From the IMG/VR virus record IMGVR_UViG_2687453420_000002, positions 1 to 64,000 of that record: 64,000 nt of DNA. The stretch is one strand, 5' to 3'. Every line of letters starts with the position of its first letter. Within the stretch, counting starts at the first letter, position 1. The position numbers were made by a program, and so were the translations under genes. Origin of the DNA: a virus. Its lineage: Duplodnaviria; Caudoviricetes. This document shows positions 60,554 through 64,000 of this stretch, piece by piece. The notes below the pieces were generated by a model. It did not search any database, was not told the DNA's origin, and saw only the letters and a program-made list of their open reading frames with translations.

Positions 60554-62938
60554 CTAATTTAATGGTTTAGGTAATTTAGTTATAAATTTAGCATAACCTT
60601 TTTCATATTTTATTAGATTCAAGCTATGAAATTGTTTTAAGTTTAAAAGATCCTCAAGTTCATAAGGATTCATTTCTTCCCTAAGTTCTTCAAAATTCTT
60701 TTTATCCGCTCCTTGTAACAACATATAAGAAGCTCCACTGGCTTTAATTTCATTCTTGAGTTGTGGAATAAGTTGATTCATATAGTGAGCTGATATAATG
60801 ATCTTAGTTCCAAATTTTCTTAATTGAGATAATACTGAACAAATAACATTTTCTGCAGTAGGTGCCTGATATAATTCATCATAAAACACATTACATCTAG
60901 AAGGTTTTTCATGAAGTGCTCCTCTTAACTTTGTAGCCAATACTATTTTAGAAGTAAAAAAAGTAACAAGTACGTTTTTGACCATTTGATTATTAAATGA
61001 ATCCTCTGGCATCTTAATAAGAATTACCTTGCCTTGATCCATAGCTTCAACAAAATCTATATTATTGCTACAACTCATATTAAACATATATTTAAGGTAT
61101 ATATTTTCTTGAATAAGATTTACTCTATCTAAAATTCCATCTATCTTACTTTCTTTTGTCCCTACTATTTCTCTGCTTATTACTTCTTTTGTCTTTTTAT
61201 CTTTTTCTTCTTTAATATCATCCAATTCCTTTAATGTAGTTATCATATCAGAAAAGTAATTTTCACCATCTTCACTCAATTTATTTATATGGTTGATATA
61301 ATAATCTCTTTTTTTAAAGTCCTGTAGACACTTTATAACATCACCTATAGAAGTATCATCATGAATATAGACAAGATTGGCTGCTGCGCTTAAATACCTT
61401 CGCATTTTACTTGTTAAAGGTAATCCATCAGTATTTATAGCATCTATAAAAGACATTGTCTGCTCTGCTTTCATATTAGCCATTTTAAACATTGTAAATT
61501 CATCTTCACCTTCTGATTTAACTTCATTAAACCCTAGCCCTTGAAAACATTCTTTCTTAGATAAATCCAATTCTATTACATCTTCTTTTCTTACACTTCT
61601 TTTTACTGTATTAGCTAATTCACAGTTTTTAATATAATCTAAAATTATTACAGATTCTCTTTTATCATTTGCATTTTTACACATATTTGCAATAAAAGTT
61701 GTTTTCCCTCCACCCTGTGGACTTAATAAAAGCAATGCTAAATTACCAAAATTATATTCATCTCTCATGTATGCTTTGTATTCTTTACCTTTATAATTTG
61801 AAGGTCCTAAATAAACATATCCCTTTTGTAATTCTTCAGGAATAGGATTTTCAAGTACATCTACCTTTGTATTAATCTTAAATCTTTGTAGTAACTCTCT
61901 TCCTGGAATCTGCATAAAATTATTACATTCTAAAGTACTCATTCTATTAATATCAACCTTTTTAAACTTATAATCATAAGGATCTATCTTTGATTTGCTA
62001 TTTACTTTTTTATATTGTAGCGAGTTATCTTGACCTAAATTTTTATAAGATTCTAACACTGCAAAAGCATTGTTTTGTTGCCTTAATTTATCTTTACTTA
62101 TACTAGAAACTAATAATTGTGTATCTAGCACTACAGCATTTTCTTTTCTTCTTGTTATAGTTGAAAGATTAGTTAATTTATCTATAGATGTAATCGCAAT
62201 TTCCGAATGTGTTCTAGGTGTCCCATCTCCAACAAAGTCATTGAACACATCAAAAACTAAATCTATGAATTTTATTGCTCCTATACCTATATATTTAAGA
62301 ATTACAAAGAAGTCTAATTTTTCTTTATCTATTGGAAAACCCGCTTGTATTTTCTTCATAGTTTCCTTATAGTTGCCCTTCCACTTGCTTTGATTAACAG
62401 GAATAAAATTATACAAAATATCTATTTTATCTTCTTCTTCTATTATATCTATTACATTTAATATGTTATTTAAAGGGTCATTAGTTTTTTTGTTAACCTT
62501 TAAACTTAAAGCATCTTCTTTATCATAATATAATTGGTATTTTAAAGATTTATTAAATTCTTTTTCATCCATTGGTATAGTATCAACTTCTTTTACAGTT
62601 ATTCTTTTCCATGTTTCTGTGCACTTTTCTATAAATAAGTTTTTATATAATTTAGGTACTACCATATAAAAAGTACAATCTTCTTTAGTAATGCTAATTT
62701 GAAATAAAACCTTTGCAGGCAATTTATATACAACTTTAAAACCTTTATTTTTCACTTCTTTCATTATTCTCTGATATGGTATCCTATACATATTCGCTAT
62801 TGTTTTAGCAATAAGTTCAGTATCATAATTACGATTACTTGTATCTGGTGTAATATGCAATACTGAATATTTGGGTTTTACTATTTCAAACCAATCACTC
62901 ATTTTATAAGTTTTTTCCTTTTTAAAAAAATCAAACAT
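60554..62938 (-). CDS. VirB4/HerA-FtsK-like ATPase
   Basis: Walker A SPQGGGKTT, Walker B VFYDE, RKFG..I.SAH. Confidence 0.75.
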   Translation of the reverse strand: MFDFFKKEKTYKMSDWFEIVKPKYSVLHITPDTSNRNYDTELIAKTIANMYRIPYQRIMKEVKNKGFKVVYKLPAKVLFQISITKEDCTFYMVVPKLYKNLFIEKCTETWKRITVKEVDTIPMDEKEFNKSLKYQLYYDKEDALSLKVNKKTNDPLNNILNVIDIIEEEDKIDILYNFIPVNQSKWKGNYKETMKKIQAGFPIDKEKLDFFVILKYIGIGAIKFIDLVFDVFNDFVGDGTPRTHSEIAITSIDKLTNLSTITRRKENAVVLDTQLLVSSISKDKLRQQNNAFAVLESYKNLGQDNSLQYKKVNSKSKIDPYDYKFKKVDINRMSTLECNNFMQIPGRELLQRFKINTKVDVLENPIPEELQKGYVYLGPSNYKGKEYKAYMRDEYNFGNLALLLLSPQGGGKTTFIANMCKNANDKRESVIILDYIKNCELANTVKRSVRKEDVIELDLSKKECFQGLGFNEVKSEGEDEFTMFKMANMKAEQTMSFIDAINTDGLPLTSKMRRYLSAAANLVYIHDDTSIGDVIKCLQDFKKRDYYINHINKLSEDGENYFSDMITTLKELDDIKEEKDKKTKEVISREIVGTKESKIDGILDRVNLIQENIYLKYMFNMSCSNNIDFVEAMDQGKVILIKMPEDSFNNQMVKNVLVTFFTSKIVLATKLRGALHEKPSRCNVFYDELYQAPTAENVICSVLSQLRKFGTKIIISAHYMNQLIPQLKNEIKASGASYMLLQGADKKNFEELREEMNPYELEDLLNLKQFHSLNLIKYEKGYAKFITKLPKPLN

Positions 62939-62948
62939 AGTTTTCTCC

Positions 62949-63275
62949 TTATAAAGAACTATTAAACATCATTATTATAATGTAAGTTATAATACTTCCT
63001 TTTGCCCATAATTTTCCCTTCTTCCAACCTATAATGTAAGCTATAATACTAAAAAGACATATAAACATACATATCCAAAAGCTATTTTTAACAACACTCA
63101 CCCAAACAACCGCTGAAAATTCCTTAGGGTGTTTTGTGTAATATATAAAATTAGATATAGATTCAAAGAAAGCTTTAGTATTGGCATTAAATTCATTTAT
63201 GCTTTTAACAATTTCAAAATTAGATATATCCAAATGACTATTTATATTACCTTGTAAAAATTCTTGTACGCTCAT
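62949..63275 (-). CDS. Small 2-TM membrane protein
   Basis: Paralogue of 1761..1994. Confidence 0.7.
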   Translation of the reverse strand: MSVQEFLQGNINSHLDISNFEIVKSINEFNANTKAFFESISNFIYYTKHPKEFSAVVWVSVVKNSFWICMFICLFSIIAYIIGWKKGKLWAKGSIITYIIIMMFNSSL

Positions 63276-63285
63276 TTGTTACCTC

Positions 63286-63720
63286 CTACATAAAAATACT
63301 TCTAATTAATTGGAACCCTTCTGGTATTAAATAGTTCATTATACATATTAAAAATCCTGTTCCTACTTTCTTCCATGTTCCTTCGCCCTTAACTGCCAAT
63401 TCCAATAGTGCTTTAAAAGCGTAAATCATAGAAGCCCAGAATATAACAGATTGAGCTATTCCCACTAACCTCCAACCACCTTGATCTAATTTCGCTATTC
63501 CAGTTTTAGGTACTGCCATAACTTTTTCTGCATACATCAACCCTCCTAATGTAAAAGCTAATGCATTGTATAATTTATCTCCTTCTTTTAAATAAATACC
63601 TTCATCATTAAGTTTTTTTACCATTGTACAACTTAATTTCTCTATTTTAGTTTCATTAGTTTTTTTTATAACTTTTAAGCCTTCTTCAAATGTATAAACT
63701 TTCTTTTTATTTAAAAACAT
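63286..63720 (-). CDS. TrbC/VirB2 pilin-like protein
   Basis: Paralogue of 2006..2410 (AKLD..G..., P....LIR.IF). Confidence 0.55.
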   Translation of the reverse strand: MFLNKKKVYTFEEGLKVIKKTNETKIEKLSCTMVKKLNDEGIYLKEGDKLYNALAFTLGGLMYAEKVMAVPKTGIAKLDQGGWRLVGIAQSVIFWASMIYAFKALLELAVKGEGTWKKVGTGFLICIMNYLIPEGFQLIRSIFM

Positions 63721-63791
63721 ATAAACCTCCTGAATAATATTAATTAAATTGGTAAAAATAAAGATATAATTTATGAAGGGATTTGATATTA

Positions 63792-63863
63792 ATGGAATTT
63801 TTATTTTTTTGTTCTTCTACTTATGTTGTTCTAGAATTGCTTAAAACTATATGCTGTAAATAA
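63792..63863 (+). CDS. 23-aa micropeptide MEFLFFCSSTYVVLELLKTICCK
   Basis: RBS GAAGGGA; sigma-F-like GGTAAAAATA upstream; same position as 2481..2546. Confidence 0.45.
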   Translation: MEFLFFCSSTYVVLELLKTICCK

Positions 63864-64000
63864 ATATTAATATATTGTAAATAATCTAGATTTTAATTAA
63901 AATTAGTAAACTTTTTAAAAATTATTGCATACACTGCTAATGTGTAGCGAGTGTTAAAGAGTGATAGCTCATTAACCGAGCGAAATATTAAGCAGTGAAT

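Noticed and set aside
1007-62372. Numerous antisense ORFs overlapping real genes (e.g. 5626, 17073, 23763, 41168, 51104, 59356)
   Set aside because: Shadow frames of well-supported genes, lacking RBS and motifs

Overview
Very low-GC Firmicute DNA (Clostridium botulinum group I/sporogenes-like by gene content; inference, no search run). Most of the window is one siphovirus prophage read on the minus strand. In that order it carries: large serine recombinase and cI/cro switch (56.6-59.9 kb); early/replication genes (BRO antirepressor, Gam-like, initiator with iterons, DnaB, a sporulation-type sigma factor, a frameshifted AbrB, RusA, YopX, a DNA MTase, a tyrosine recombinase); a tRNA-like RNA; packaging, head and tail genes; and a lysis cassette (13.5-14.8 kb). 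The tape-measure gene is split by a 752-nt group I intron with a truncated endonuclease ORF. Beyond lysis lies a 13-kb accessory arm: a LexA-boxed Dam-like MTase plus PD-(D/E)XK nuclease pair, a decayed IS3, two paralogous Cys-rich secreted peptides, YibE/F and NusG-II genes, and a pilin-like/small membrane/VirB4-like ATPase module. A paralogue of that module lies at 60.4-64 kb, suggesting a second, tandem prophage. The most unusual signal is non-coding: nine cassettes between 3.9 and 12.9 kb, each with an exactly spaced sigma-H-type promoter, a variable 35-60 nt body (mostly anti-Shine-Dalgarno-like) and a bidirectional terminator. This looks like a prophage-borne, sporulation-onset small-RNA array, next to sigma-F/G/K-like promoters. 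Other highlights: a candidate mini-selenoprotein (in-frame UGA plus SECIS-like hairpin), a +1 frameshift signal in the tail chaperone and a lox-like 13-8-13 site. Several genes carry single lesions (decay or sequencing error). All family calls come from motif recognition, not database searches.
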